Below are positions 50,641-63,003 of a stretch of DNA of 64,000 nt, piece after piece. Source of the stretch: Eledone cirrhosa (Eukaryota); NCBI GenBank assembly GCA_964016885.1, contig OZ024743.1:60264001-60328000 (forward strand), given 5' to 3'. The position numbers and the translations under genes were made by a program. Below the pieces are notes generated by a model that made no database searches, was not told where the DNA came from, and was given only the letters and a program-made list of their open reading frames with translations. How positions within the stretch are numbered: position 1 is the first letter of the stretch; every line of letters begins with the position of its first letter.

Positions 50641-51496
50641 TACTTTGTTATTGAATATCATTTTCTTTGTTCAGAGTAGATTTATTCCAATGTAACTATT
50701 TACATAGGCCCAAGAATGAAATTGTGTGAAATATTCTAACCTTAACTTAACAATCGTTTGACCAACAAAGAAGCGAATGTAATAATGGTTTCACTCGTTC
50801 TTTTGAAATAAATAAAAGCATAGTACTTTTATTATCTTTATATTTCATGTGTCTAATCATATTTATGTGTGTAAAAATATGGCATCTGAATATGTGCTTA
50901 TTTAAAGGTGTATATGTGCGTGTGTTCATGTGTGTGGCGGGTGTGAATGATAATTGACGTATATGCATTAGCTACATTTCTTCCAGGAAACCATGTGTAA
51001 AGATGTGTTGCCATTCCTAAACAAGTCAATCTAGTATTTTTCAAGACGTTAATGGCCTTTTGAAAGGCATCTTTCACTGATTCATTGAATATAAGTTTTG
51101 TGGTAAATAAATAATTTACATACATATATATACGTGTATGTGGGGCTATCTGTGTCTGTGTGCTGGTGTGTGTGATTTAATGATTATGTTAGTAGTCCAC
51201 AAATGTGGTAACACTCATATAAACAACAGAATATATATATAATTTTATTTATTCAGTTTCTTACAACATAAATATGATGTTTCAGCAAAGAAAGTGGGTG
51301 TTCGCTAAGCTTCCTCAGAGGGGGGGGGGATATTAAACGATATTGTTATATTATAAGAAGCTGATCACTTATATATATATATATTTGTGTGTGTGTGTGT
51401 CTATATATATGTGTGTGTGTATGTGTGTGTGTGTGTGTAATAATGAATGTGAAGGCTAAACTCCGAAAGTGCTCGATAAGGATTATATATATATTA

Positions 51497-52237
51497 TAGG
51501 GTGGGTTAAATTCCCGAGATCCATGGACGAGTTCTCTCCAGCGGTCTCTGTCCTTCATTACCGCCGCCATGTCCTGCGTCTCAAACAGACCAGTGTCTGT
51601 CCTTAGGGCGTCAACATACGTTAACCTTGGTCTTCCCCTTCCAGTGTGTCCATGTTGATACTCCCACAAGAGCACTGAGTGCAATGTCAACTCTGGATGT
51701 CGGTGGACATGACCAGCTAACCTCATTATCCTCAGTGTCCTCTGTGTCACTTTTGAGCTGACTTTTGGGAGGCTCCCATACAGCTCTGAATTTGCCGACG
51801 ACATAGTTTTGGTGACAAATACAGTGAAGGAAGCAGGGAATTTAATGCAGGAGTTTGAGACTGTGTCGATGAGTGTAGGGTTGGGAATGAATGAGACTAA
51901 AACAAAATATCTGGTAGAGAATGTTGAGAAGCCAGAGGGGATCACTAGTGTAGGGGGGAAGCCGCTAGAATTGGTTGAGGACTTCCTATATTTGGGAGCA
52001 AAGATTGGGAATAGGGAAGATGATGTGCTTGAGAGGAAGAGCAAACCCTGAGGGGCGTGCCACAGCTTGAGATCGGTGTAGGAGTCGGACTTTCGTAAAG
52101 ACCTGAAAATCCGCAATTTAGTTGCTCTAGTGGAGTCTGTGCTGCTGTACGGGTCTGAGACTTAGACACCGACCGAGAAACTCACTCAGATAATGGATGG
52201 GTGCTACACGAGAATGTTGAGGTTGGCTCTGAACATT
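51497..52237 (-). mobile_element. 5'-inverted RTE-clade LINE insertion
   Basis: Minus 51497-51787 = ELYGSLP..RLAGHVHRHPE..GRPRLTYVD C-terminus. Plus 51788-52237 = FADDIVL..FLYLG..VESVLLYGSET..YTRMLRLALNI, the segment immediately upstream. Confidence 0.85.
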
Positions 52238-52349
52238 AATATATATATATATATAACCACAGATTAATATGGTTCATTGATTACTCAATGAATATAGTTT
52301 TACAATAGATTAAAAGCACTCTACAAGAAAATGTTTTCTGGAGTTATTA

Positions 52350-52692
52350 ATATTATTCAGAATATTAATAAATAAAGACATTGACATAATCAAAATATAT
52401 GTTTTATTATATATATTTCGAACATACAGTGTTATTTTTCAGTACGTCCTCGTCAGATAAAATACATGAATTGATATATGACATACCTCAACGACGGTCT
52501 TGATGGATCAATTCCAGTATTGGCAATACTGGAATTGAACTATCAAGACCGTTGAGGTATGTCATGCATCAATTCATGTAGTTTATCTGACGAGGACGTA
52601 CTGAAGAAACAACACAGTACCTTCGAAATATATATAATAAAACATATATTTTGATTATGTGAATGTCTTCATTTATAAATATTCTGAATAAT
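52350..52692. repeat. ~340-bp palindrome carrying two opposed hammerhead motifs (family D)
   Basis: Centre ccagtattggcaatactgg at ~52522. Arms colinear out to tattattcagaatatt / aatattctgaataata. Confidence 0.9.
52582..52641 (+). ncRNA. Type I hammerhead motif (family D); antisense twin at 52402-52462
   Basis: tttat-CTGACGA-ggac-gtactg-(11 nt)-cagtac-cttc-GAAA-T-atat-ATA-ataaa. Confidence 0.7.
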
Positions 52693-53938
52693 ATATATAT
52701 ATATATATATACATATATATATACATATATATAAAACAAAATATATAAATATATATCTATATATATGTATATATATATACATATATATATACATATATAT
52801 AAAACAAAATATATAAATATATATCTATATATATGTATATATATATACATATATATATACATATATATAAAACAAAATATATAAATATATATATATATAC
52901 ATATAAGTTAAAACAATGAAATAAAAAATCAAGTCATTAGAGATATACTTTACTGCTTTACGATCGTTTCTAGATGGTGACAATACATTGTATCTATACT
53001 CAGTTATTGATCTATGTAAGTTTACAAACTATCAGATAGAGAGAATATTAACTTACATGCATATCACCAGCTGTTTTCAAAAGCAATAATAATTTTATTC
53101 AATAATAATTACTCAGAATTAGTAGCATGTTAGTATCATGTCCTTATTTGGAGGATTTTTGAAACACTAACGAATCAAATTGTTTTTTTCATATGGTGTT
53201 AAGATGAAAAGTAATACACTTTAGTTGAGGTCATGACCCTTTGAAAGGAATGGTTGAAGGGTGTTAGTAGAAATGGCATAAAAATATATTAAGAAGGAAG
53301 GGGATAGTCAAACTGATAATTGAATGTATCTTGTATAGTGAATTTAAAAGGAATGTCAAAATAAATGGTGAGTAGTGTTGTATTGAGTTTTAAGGTGAAT
53401 ATAAATTAATGTTATGGCTAGGAAAGATAAAAGATGAAAATTATAATAAGATAATGAAATACAGTAATGCGATAATATATAACATAACCAATACAATATA
53501 GTACGGTGTGGTAAATTGCACTTAGTATAATATAACATATATGCGCTAAAATATTATTAGGTATGTTTATGCATAAACAATCAAACTCAGATAAGTACAT
53601 GTTGGCATAGTTAAAACACATAAATGTCATAGTCTACAAAGCGCATATAACCACACTATATATAGAGAGGGGTACAGTTATATTGATATCTAACCAAAAT
53701 ATACATACGTACAAATAGATGCAAACCTAAATACACATCCACACGCATGCATATAATCATATATATACATATCCATACATATACCCCCATATATACATAT
53801 ACATATACACATACATATACATATATATATATATATACACACACACTCATACACACATATGTACATATACATACATATACACACATACTTACATACATAT
53901 ATACATACACATATACTCATACATATGTGCATATATAA

Positions 53939-53973
<35 letters not shown>

Positions 53974-54120
53974 CAACACACTCACACACACACACATACA
54001 CACACATATATATAGACTTGTGTGAGTATATGTACACTCCTCTTACATGTGCACATACTCATATAAAACATCCATACACCTATACTCACATATACACACA
54101 CACAACCACACATATATATA

Positions 54121-54216
<96 letters not shown>

Positions 54217-54753
54217 TATATATAAATATATATTTACCTAGACTGCGATTATCTGTTTCTCTCTTTCTCTCTTACTGCTCCCCGTTCTCTCTGTTTCTCT
54301 TACCTTCTTTCGCCCCCTCTGTCAGTTACACTTTCTCTCGACTGACCTCTTCCTCGCACTTCCACTCACTCACTCTCTGTTTCTCCCCTTCTCACTTCCT
54401 CCCGTTCGCTAGTAGTGGAGTTCCTTCTTTCTCACACCTCATTCACGGCGAACGGTCTGCTTCTCTGACCGCTCATGAAATTTACCCAGCTTATGCTGAT
54501 CGGATAACCATCATGTTGCTTGCTGTTTTTCCAACCTTCGGTTTGCTTTTTACTTCTTGTTGTTTACTTGTCTCACTCGCTTTACGCGTTTCACTTGTCC
54601 CAATAGATTATTTTAGTTATTGCTTGCACCAACCTGAGGTATCTGATTTTTAATGCGATGAAATACCAATGATGGTTAGCAAATCACGGATGAGGGACTA
54701 ATGTTATAATATGTAATCCATGTGCAACCACGCAGTATTCCTCTCCCCTTGTT

Positions 54754-54818
<65 letters not shown>

Positions 54819-54821
54819 TAC

Positions 54822-54859
<38 letters not shown>

Positions 54860-54995
54860 TTAATTGTACTATTTATGGTTATGAAAATACAAAAACATTT
54901 TGCAGTTATATGTATTTTTTATACAAACCTATAAATAGTACAATTAATACTATTAACTGCTCCATATTGTTGAGCTGACATATAATATTACCAAT

Positions 54996-57392
54996 ATGCT
55001 AATCAAAGACCAACTCCCCATGTCAACCAAGAACATACCAATACCATCCAGGAATACATATGAGAAATTGATGATCAACAGTGTAAATTCATTTATCAAT
55101 AGAGTGAGATGGAGGGCATTCCATTATGATAGAAACAGATCTAACAACGTGAATAATACTAACAAATTTGACTCCTTCGGCTTTAAAACCTTTAAAAGCC
55201 CCCCTCATAACACACTACTTAACTCCTTTGAAAATGACCTAGTTAAACTAGTTAAGAACATTAAATACAATAAGCACCATATTAGAAGCAACACCTTCTT
55301 AAACAAACTTAACACCTCTATTAATGGATTCAAAACTAGTAATAAAATTATTGTACACGCAGATAAAACTAATAACATATACAGCCTAGATTATAATACT
55401 TATAGAAAATTTATATATAATGAACTACATAAAAGCTACAAAAAGACCACTTTGAAAAACTTAGAAGATATTAATATAGAGGGATATAATATAGTGTCTA
55501 AACTAGGACTTCAGAGACTTACACAACCATTCACCCCAAACCCCCTTAGATTCTCTCTGAAGGACCATAAGGAGGACTTCATCAGCAACCCCTCGATAAG
55601 ACTTATCTGCCCTTCCAAGTCCGACATTGGTATTATCAGCAAGAAAATGTTGGATAAAATCATCCCACAAATTAAACACAAGATACACCTTAAACAATGG
55701 GGAAATACGGGTGAAGTGATTGAATGGTTCAAAGATATCAAGAATAATAAGGACAAAAAATTTATTCAATTTGATATCAATTCATACTACACCTCTATTT
55801 CCCCTATCCTATTAAATAAGCCACTTATCATGGCCATGAACAATAGCGACCTGACTAGAGCCCAGATTGATGTCATCCTTGCGGCCCGTAAAACCATAAT
55901 CACCTTCGAAGACCAACTATGGACACGCAAGGATACGCACAACAACTTCGACATAACCATGGGATCTAGTGACTCGGCGCAGTTCACTGATTTGGTCGGC
56001 CTATACCTTCTCAATGAAATCCATAAGGACCTCCCTTACCTCAACGGTGGTTTGTACCGCGATGATGCACTTCTACTTATAGAATATAAAAAATTTAATA
56101 TAGAAAGAGCTAGAAAACAATTGCATAAGACATTCAAAAACTTTAACCTTAGTATCACCATGGACAAAAACACTAAAAATGTAAACTTCCTAGACGCCAC
56201 ACTATACCTAGACTCAAAAATATATACACCTTTCCATAAGCCTAACGAAAAACTCATTTACGTAGATACTAAGTCTAATCACCCTAGATCAATATTAAAC
56301 TCTATCTCTAAGCGCGTATCCAATAGAATCTCTAGCCTGTCCTATGACGCAAACATATTTAACAAAAACTCACAATATTACAATCAAGCATTAGCTAGAT
56401 CCGGCCATAATATAGAAATTGAGTTCCTACCTAAGAAAACACATAGCAACAACATCATCTCGCACAACATGTCCATGAGGAAACCTAATAATAGGAATAG
56501 CAACCACAAGTACACCAAAGCGGAGGGTGCCACCGGAAGTAACCATTACCACGGAAACTACTGTGGTGCCGTAGGAAGAAACAACACACCAAACACTAAA
56601 AACAAAAATAGAAGAAGAAATAATACATTTTTCAACCCTCCTTTCAACCTAAATGTCTCCACCAACATACCTAGGGCTTTCTTCTCACTACTAGATAAAA
56701 ACTTCCCTCTAGGACACAAGTACCACAACCTTTTAAACAAAAACACTATTAAAATCTCATACTCTACGACGCCTAACTTAGCATACCACATAGCTAGCAG
56801 CAATAAAAATAAAATTAATTCTTACTTCCAACAAACGAAATCACAACAGGATGCAATCCTTCTAAATACCTCTGTAGCAAGCAACCATAGTAACGGCAGT
56901 AACAATAGAAATAACACTAGTATAAGAAATAACACAGGGGTTGACAACCCGAATGTCCAAAATCCTATAGCTACCACCCAGACTTCTGCACTGCATTATA
57001 ACCAGCTGACTAACACACAGGATAATTGTAACTGTAGAGCTAATAGAACCTGCCCTTTGGATAAAAAATGCCTAACCAAGGATATCATATACTCATGCAC
57101 CGTCACAACTAGCAACTCTTCAGAAACCTATGTAGGCTCCACTTCTAACTGCTTCAAAATCAGATATAATTCGCACATCCACTCGTTCAAAAAGCACAGC
57201 CTAGCCAACTCCACCTCACTATCTAGCTACATACACTATCTAAAAACTAAAAATAAACCATACACACTCAAATGGGAAGTGATAGGCAGCGCGACTTCCT
57301 ACAAACCACCTAATAAATTTTGTAACCTCTGTATACTTGAGACCCACAATATTATCTTCTCCAACCGTAACCTACTTAACAAAAAATCTTAG
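54996..57392 (+). CDS. Penelope-like RT + GIY-YIG endonuclease polyprotein (probable premature TAG, natural end ~57455)
   Basis: STKNIPIPS..RVRWRAF, ADKTNN, KDHKEDF..RLICPSKSDIG, FDINSYYTSI, FDITMGSSD, GLYRDD, VNFLD, FFNPPF, CNCR..CPLDKKCL..IIYSC..TYVGST..FKIRY..H, CNLC..E. Confidence 0.93.
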   Translation: MLIKDQLPMSTKNIPIPSRNTYEKLMINSVNSFINRVRWRAFHYDRNRSNNVNNTNKFDSFGFKTFKSPPHNTLLNSFENDLVKLVKNIKYNKHHIRSNTFLNKLNTSINGFKTSNKIIVHADKTNNIYSLDYNTYRKFIYNELHKSYKKTTLKNLEDINIEGYNIVSKLGLQRLTQPFTPNPLRFSLKDHKEDFISNPSIRLICPSKSDIGIISKKMLDKIIPQIKHKIHLKQWGNTGEVIEWFKDIKNNKDKKFIQFDINSYYTSISPILLNKPLIMAMNNSDLTRAQIDVILAARKTIITFEDQLWTRKDTHNNFDITMGSSDSAQFTDLVGLYLLNEIHKDLPYLNGGLYRDDALLLIEYKKFNIERARKQLHKTFKNFNLSITMDKNTKNVNFLDATLYLDSKIYTPFHKPNEKLIYVDTKSNHPRSILNSISKRVSNRISSLSYDANIFNKNSQYYNQALARSGHNIEIEFLPKKTHSNNIISHNMSMRKPNNRNSNHKYTKAEGATGSNHYHGNYCGAVGRNNTPNTKNKNRRRNNTFFNPPFNLNVSTNIPRAFFSLLDKNFPLGHKYHNLLNKNTIKISYSTTPNLAYHIASSNKNKINSYFQQTKSQQDAILLNTSVASNHSNGSNNRNNTSIRNNTGVDNPNVQNPIATTQTSALHYNQLTNTQDNCNCRANRTCPLDKKCLTKDIIYSCTVTTSNSSETYVGSTSNCFKIRYNSHIHSFKKHSLANSTSLSSYIHYLKTKNKPYTLKWEVIGSATSYKPPNKFCNLCILETHNIIFSNRNLLNKKS

Positions 57393-58869
57393 GTGTTTGC
57401 AACTTGCCAGCACTGCTTCAGACATTCCTTCCAAAACTTTAAGCCCAATATATAGCAATGTCGGACTTGAACCAAACACCACATCTAGCATCAAACACCA
57501 GGGGCACACCTCATACCACATACACAACACTAACTGATCTAATATAACACAAACTACGACATCCCTCCGCAACCCTTCGCTGGGAGAATACCCATTTATA
57601 CCACTACGTTATGCACTACACCGCTCTATAGGTATTTTAAGCATGAATTGATTAGTTTGGTGGTGTTGTGCGGAGGAAGTGCCTTCCTTAGACAGATGAA
57701 AAACGATTTAATCTAGTAACGCTGTTGAGCAGTAGGACCAGGACGCTGAGTGGAGAGAATGAATGTATTGCAACTGGCGTGCGGGTTGTACATATATGGA
57801 TGATTTGATGGGCAGAGTGGGGTCATGAGGACTGCGAATTGACCTCTGGCCGGCCCTGATGATGATTATCTTTCGACATCCAATGTAGCAAGCGATGATC
57901 CAGAACTTACCAGAGATCATCGTGTCTTGAAGTGACTCTGCAATCACCGCGCCTGGTCCTATGAATAGACTACAACCACAGAGATCATTAATTTAGAATC
58001 CTCACTGATCGTCTATAATATTCATTTGTGGCACCCTAGGATGGGGGTTAATTCACCATAATAATACGAACACCTTCAGCACAACTTAATAAACTACTCT
58101 ATAGTTAAAACACTTTATGCTTTTTTTGGAAGTTGCGCATAACCATAGAAATTAGGGTCTATATTGAGACATTTCAATAGCCAGGTATAGAAACCCCGGA
58201 GTTACCTCCCCTCATGCATTAACTCCCCTTAGCCACACACACACACTTCCGGGCCACACACACACTTCTGGGTAGTATTCAATGTCGTTTCGCGAAACGT
58301 AACAGCCTCCTGTATTGAACTAAAGAACATCGGACTACGATTCTCTAACTGGATTGTCAAACGCTCAATATAGAATTGCCGTGGATTATGTGAGGGGCAT
58401 ATAATCGAAGAATACACTCCCCTGACCATGAAAATGTCGAAGTACATGAGGTCATTGTCATCCCTTCGCTGTGCATCTCCAATACGTTTAATATTTTTAA
58501 TGCTTGCACTATTTTTAATGCTTATATCATTTCTCAACACACAGACTATAACAATCATATAAAGAATTTGCCACCAGATCAACCAACCTAACACTCTCCT
58601 ACCACACATATCTCTCTGCCATACTATATAAACAAGACGCACGTGCTTGCCACACGTATAACATTTGCACTATATAACCGCTTATCTTCATGTTGTATTT
58701 TAACCTGTATTTTTGATTTTTGATTGTACCTTTTATTATAAATGTAATCTCGAAGTGTGTACTGCCACTCTAAATGCTGTAATGAATGTTGACCCACAAT
58801 ATTTGCATATGTATCGGTATGTCTCTTGGCTGAAAAGGAGGTCATATAACTGTCCATTCATTAATAAAT

Positions 58870-58916
58870 TGCTCCGAAGAATCCAAACCTCGGTTTGGAG
58901 GAAACAGCTGTAAGCA
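58870..58916 (+). ncRNA. Hammerhead motif at the 3' end of the Penelope-like element (core CUGA>CCGA)
   Basis: tgct-CCGAAGA-a-tccaaacc-tc-ggtttgga-g-GAAAC-agct-GTA-agca, with palindromic ACAGCTGT stem III. Confidence 0.7.
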
Positions 58917-59077
58917 CAATAATGTTTTGAACAGTTCTTTGATTCTTATATTTCATATATATATATATATATATAACGAAGGAAATGTGGTAAGGAACCA
59001 GGTGGACCATAACGCACCAAAGTACTCAGTACTTAGGGTAGTAGAGTGGGTAATAGGAACGAGTAGGACCCCGATGG

Positions 59078-60257
<1,180 letters not shown>

Positions 60258-60329
60258 CATACACAAACACACATACATATACACGCATATACATATATAC
60301 ACATATACACATACATAAACATATATACA

Positions 60330-60381
<52 letters not shown>

Positions 60382-60482
60382 AATATACAGACACATAAAC
60401 ATATTTCCATATCATACATATATGTATATTTTTACTTATGCAATTACCGATGGTTGTGTATCTTGTTGCCTTTAGTCATTAA

Positions 60483-61440
60483 CGCATAAATCTAAGGAAG
60501 CTAACACATTAAAAGGCAAAAATAAGCATGAAAGCATATAATTAGGGGAAAGAGGTACTAATAAATATTATTCTATACGGAATTATAGTGAGTTGCTATT
60601 TAGAATATTTAATTAGGTTTATAGTATTTAATTAGGTTCATAGTATTTAAATGTTTTTCGTATACGGTGATTACAGACTATGATCAATTCCTGTCTTTTA
60701 TTTAATAAATTATTATTATGTTTGATTAATAATGTAATATATAAATGCACTGTGTCAACTACAGGCTCCAACAAAACATATATAGGATCTACATCAAACA
60801 CATTTAAGAAAAGATTTTACGCACACTCTAGTAATTTCAACAATACTAAACTAGCAAACACCACATCTTTAGCTGAAGCGGTAAATAATTATAAAAAGAA
60901 AAAAATAGATTTCAAGTGATCGTGGAACACCATTCTACAAAGAACTCCATATCTTGGGAACAGGCGAGAATGCAGATTATGTTCAGGAGAGATATTGGAA
61001 ATTAGTAAATCTAAGGACGATTTATTAAATAAAAGACAGGAATTGATCATAGTCTGTAATTACCGTATACGAAAAACATTTAAATACTATAAACCTAATT
61101 AAATATTCTAAATAGCAACTCACTATAATTCCGTATAGAATAACATTTATTAGTACCTCTTTCCTCTAATTATATGCGTTCATGCTTACTTTTGCCTTTT
61201 AATGTGTTAGCTTTCTTAGATTTATGCATAAGGAAAGTATATACTTTCAGACGTTCAATCATCTGGCAGGAAGGTATACGTTGCTGACGATAGCTAATAA
61301 GCTTGAAACTAGTACAGCGTTCCTTTGTCAGTGTTGAACAAAAGAGCAAGGATGGTTGCTAGACACTGTACGACTTAATTCGGGATGTTTGTTTCAAACA
61401 CACCGAGCATTATAATAAATGTTCGGTGAATCCATACGTA
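60483..61440 (+). mobile_element. 5'-truncated Penelope-like element (GIY-YIG end) with an upstream inverted pLTR
   Basis: NVIYKCTVST..TYIGSTSNTFKKRFYAH..CRLC..E..LLNKRQEL. 60483-60708 is the reverse complement of 61022-61229. Confidence 0.85.
61278..61320 (+). ncRNA. Canonical minimal type I hammerhead ribozyme in a Penelope 3' region
   Basis: acgttg-CTGACGA-t-agc-taataa-gct-t-GAAAC-ta-GTA-cagcgt, 6-bp stem I, palindromic ACTAGT stem III. Confidence 0.85.
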
Positions 61441-61532
61441 CATGTATATATGTGTGAATGTATGTATATATATATATACATACTACTGTACGTCTGTATA
61501 CATATATGTCTGTACGTATACTTACTTGTTCC

Positions 61533-61582
<50 letters not shown>

Positions 61583-61783
61583 GGAACAAGTAAGACCCCG
61601 ACGGCTGAGCTATTACCCACTCTACTACCGTAAGTATTGAGTACTTTGGTGCGTTATGGTCCACCTGGTTCCTTACCACATTTCCTTCGTTATATATATA
61701 TTTATATATATAAGTAGAAGTACCCTTGAAATATATATAAAATAAATATGGTTTTATAAATATAGTTTCCATTTATTTAATAT

Positions 61784-61842
<59 letters not shown>

Positions 61843-62299
61843 AGCCCGTAGAGCAAATATATATATATATATAGTGGATTGCTTGACATGGAGGCCAACG
61901 CGAGTTATGGATTTAGCTACCCATAGAAGTGCTCTACGACAGCTAAGATCAGGTCTGATGTGTGTGTGTGTGTGTGTGTGTGTGTAGTGAAATATACGCC
62001 AAATCCTCCAAGTGAATTCAAAAGGCTCGCAAAGCTTTTCCGCCTTTTTTTTTCTTTTTTTTTATTACAATAGTGGAATGTTTCGGGTGGTATGCTATCC
62101 CTAGCAGCGGCTTTGTTTGATTACATTTGCTTCGTAGCCTGTTAAAGATTCTGTAAGTATAATACAAGAGAAATGTCTGGGATTTCTAATCATTTACTTT
62201 ATTCCATACTCTTTTTGACGTCGGCGCTTTTATTATTTATCAATCCTCGGAGGTTACAGAATACGATACCGCCACCAGACATAATGGTTTGTTGCGATA

Positions 62300-62740
62300 T
62301 ATGTTGGCACCTGCCAGACAAATAAAAATATCCGGACAAACACCGGTAATGCACCACCTTCAACATTCGGCCATCAGAAGAAAGGAGGTATGTATGAAAT
62401 CTAAACTCGTTATTTTCAATTCGGTATTCGTACCAACCATTACCTCTAGTTATGAATCTTGGGGAATGACTGAGCAAATATAAATACGAATTCCAGCAGC
62501 AGCAGCCGAAATGGGGTTCCTTGGAAGCGTTTTTAAAATAAATTTACTCGATAGTGTGCGTAGCTCGGAAACCAGTAAGTTGCTGCACGTAGAGCTGTGA
62601 TTTATTTGAATTGAAACAAGAGCTCCGATATTACTGACATGGGGCCAGAATGTCTAAGGAGAGAATCGTTGGACAAATTTTACATCCAAAATCAAACGGT
62701 AGAAGACCCAGAGGTAGACCCCGAGCAAGATGGTGGAAGA
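62300..62740 (+). mobile_element. Degenerate RTE-clade LINE 3' fragment
   Basis: KSKLVIFNSVFVPTITSSYESWGMTEQI and ..GRRPRGRPRARW, same family type as 28400-28950. Confidence 0.75.
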
Positions 62741-62912
62741 AGAATAGGTTTTATCCTTAATCAAGGTTGTGTGTGAATGTCGTATTTTTCTATATGATGT
62801 TTAACATTTAAGTTATCACCAAACCAATCCTGACACTTCTGTTCTGTGATGCCATCTAGGGTGTTGGGCGTGTTACAAGATTACAAAGTTGCATCTATCA
62901 ACTATCCTTTCA

Positions 62913-63003
<91 letters not shown>

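Larger units (their letters stand above)
54854..58955 (+). mobile_element. Apparently full-length Penelope-like (Naiad-type) retroelement between two (TA)n tracts
   Basis: 5' hairpin (23-bp perfect arms 54854-54876 / 54931-54953), long ORF, 1.5-kb 3' region ending in an HHR and then (TA)n. Confidence 0.8.

Noticed and set aside
54996-58000. Selenoprotein/SECIS recoding, reported for some Naiad elements
   Set aside because: No in-frame TGA (the interrupting stop is TAG at a Glu position). The ATGA..GA hairpin near 57800 lacks the apical AA at canonical spacing.
58229-58642. 137-aa minus-strand ORF in the Penelope 3' region as an accessory gene
   Set aside because: Non-ATG start, no recognisable motif, ends in a CA repeat. 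Cannot be supported without conservation data.
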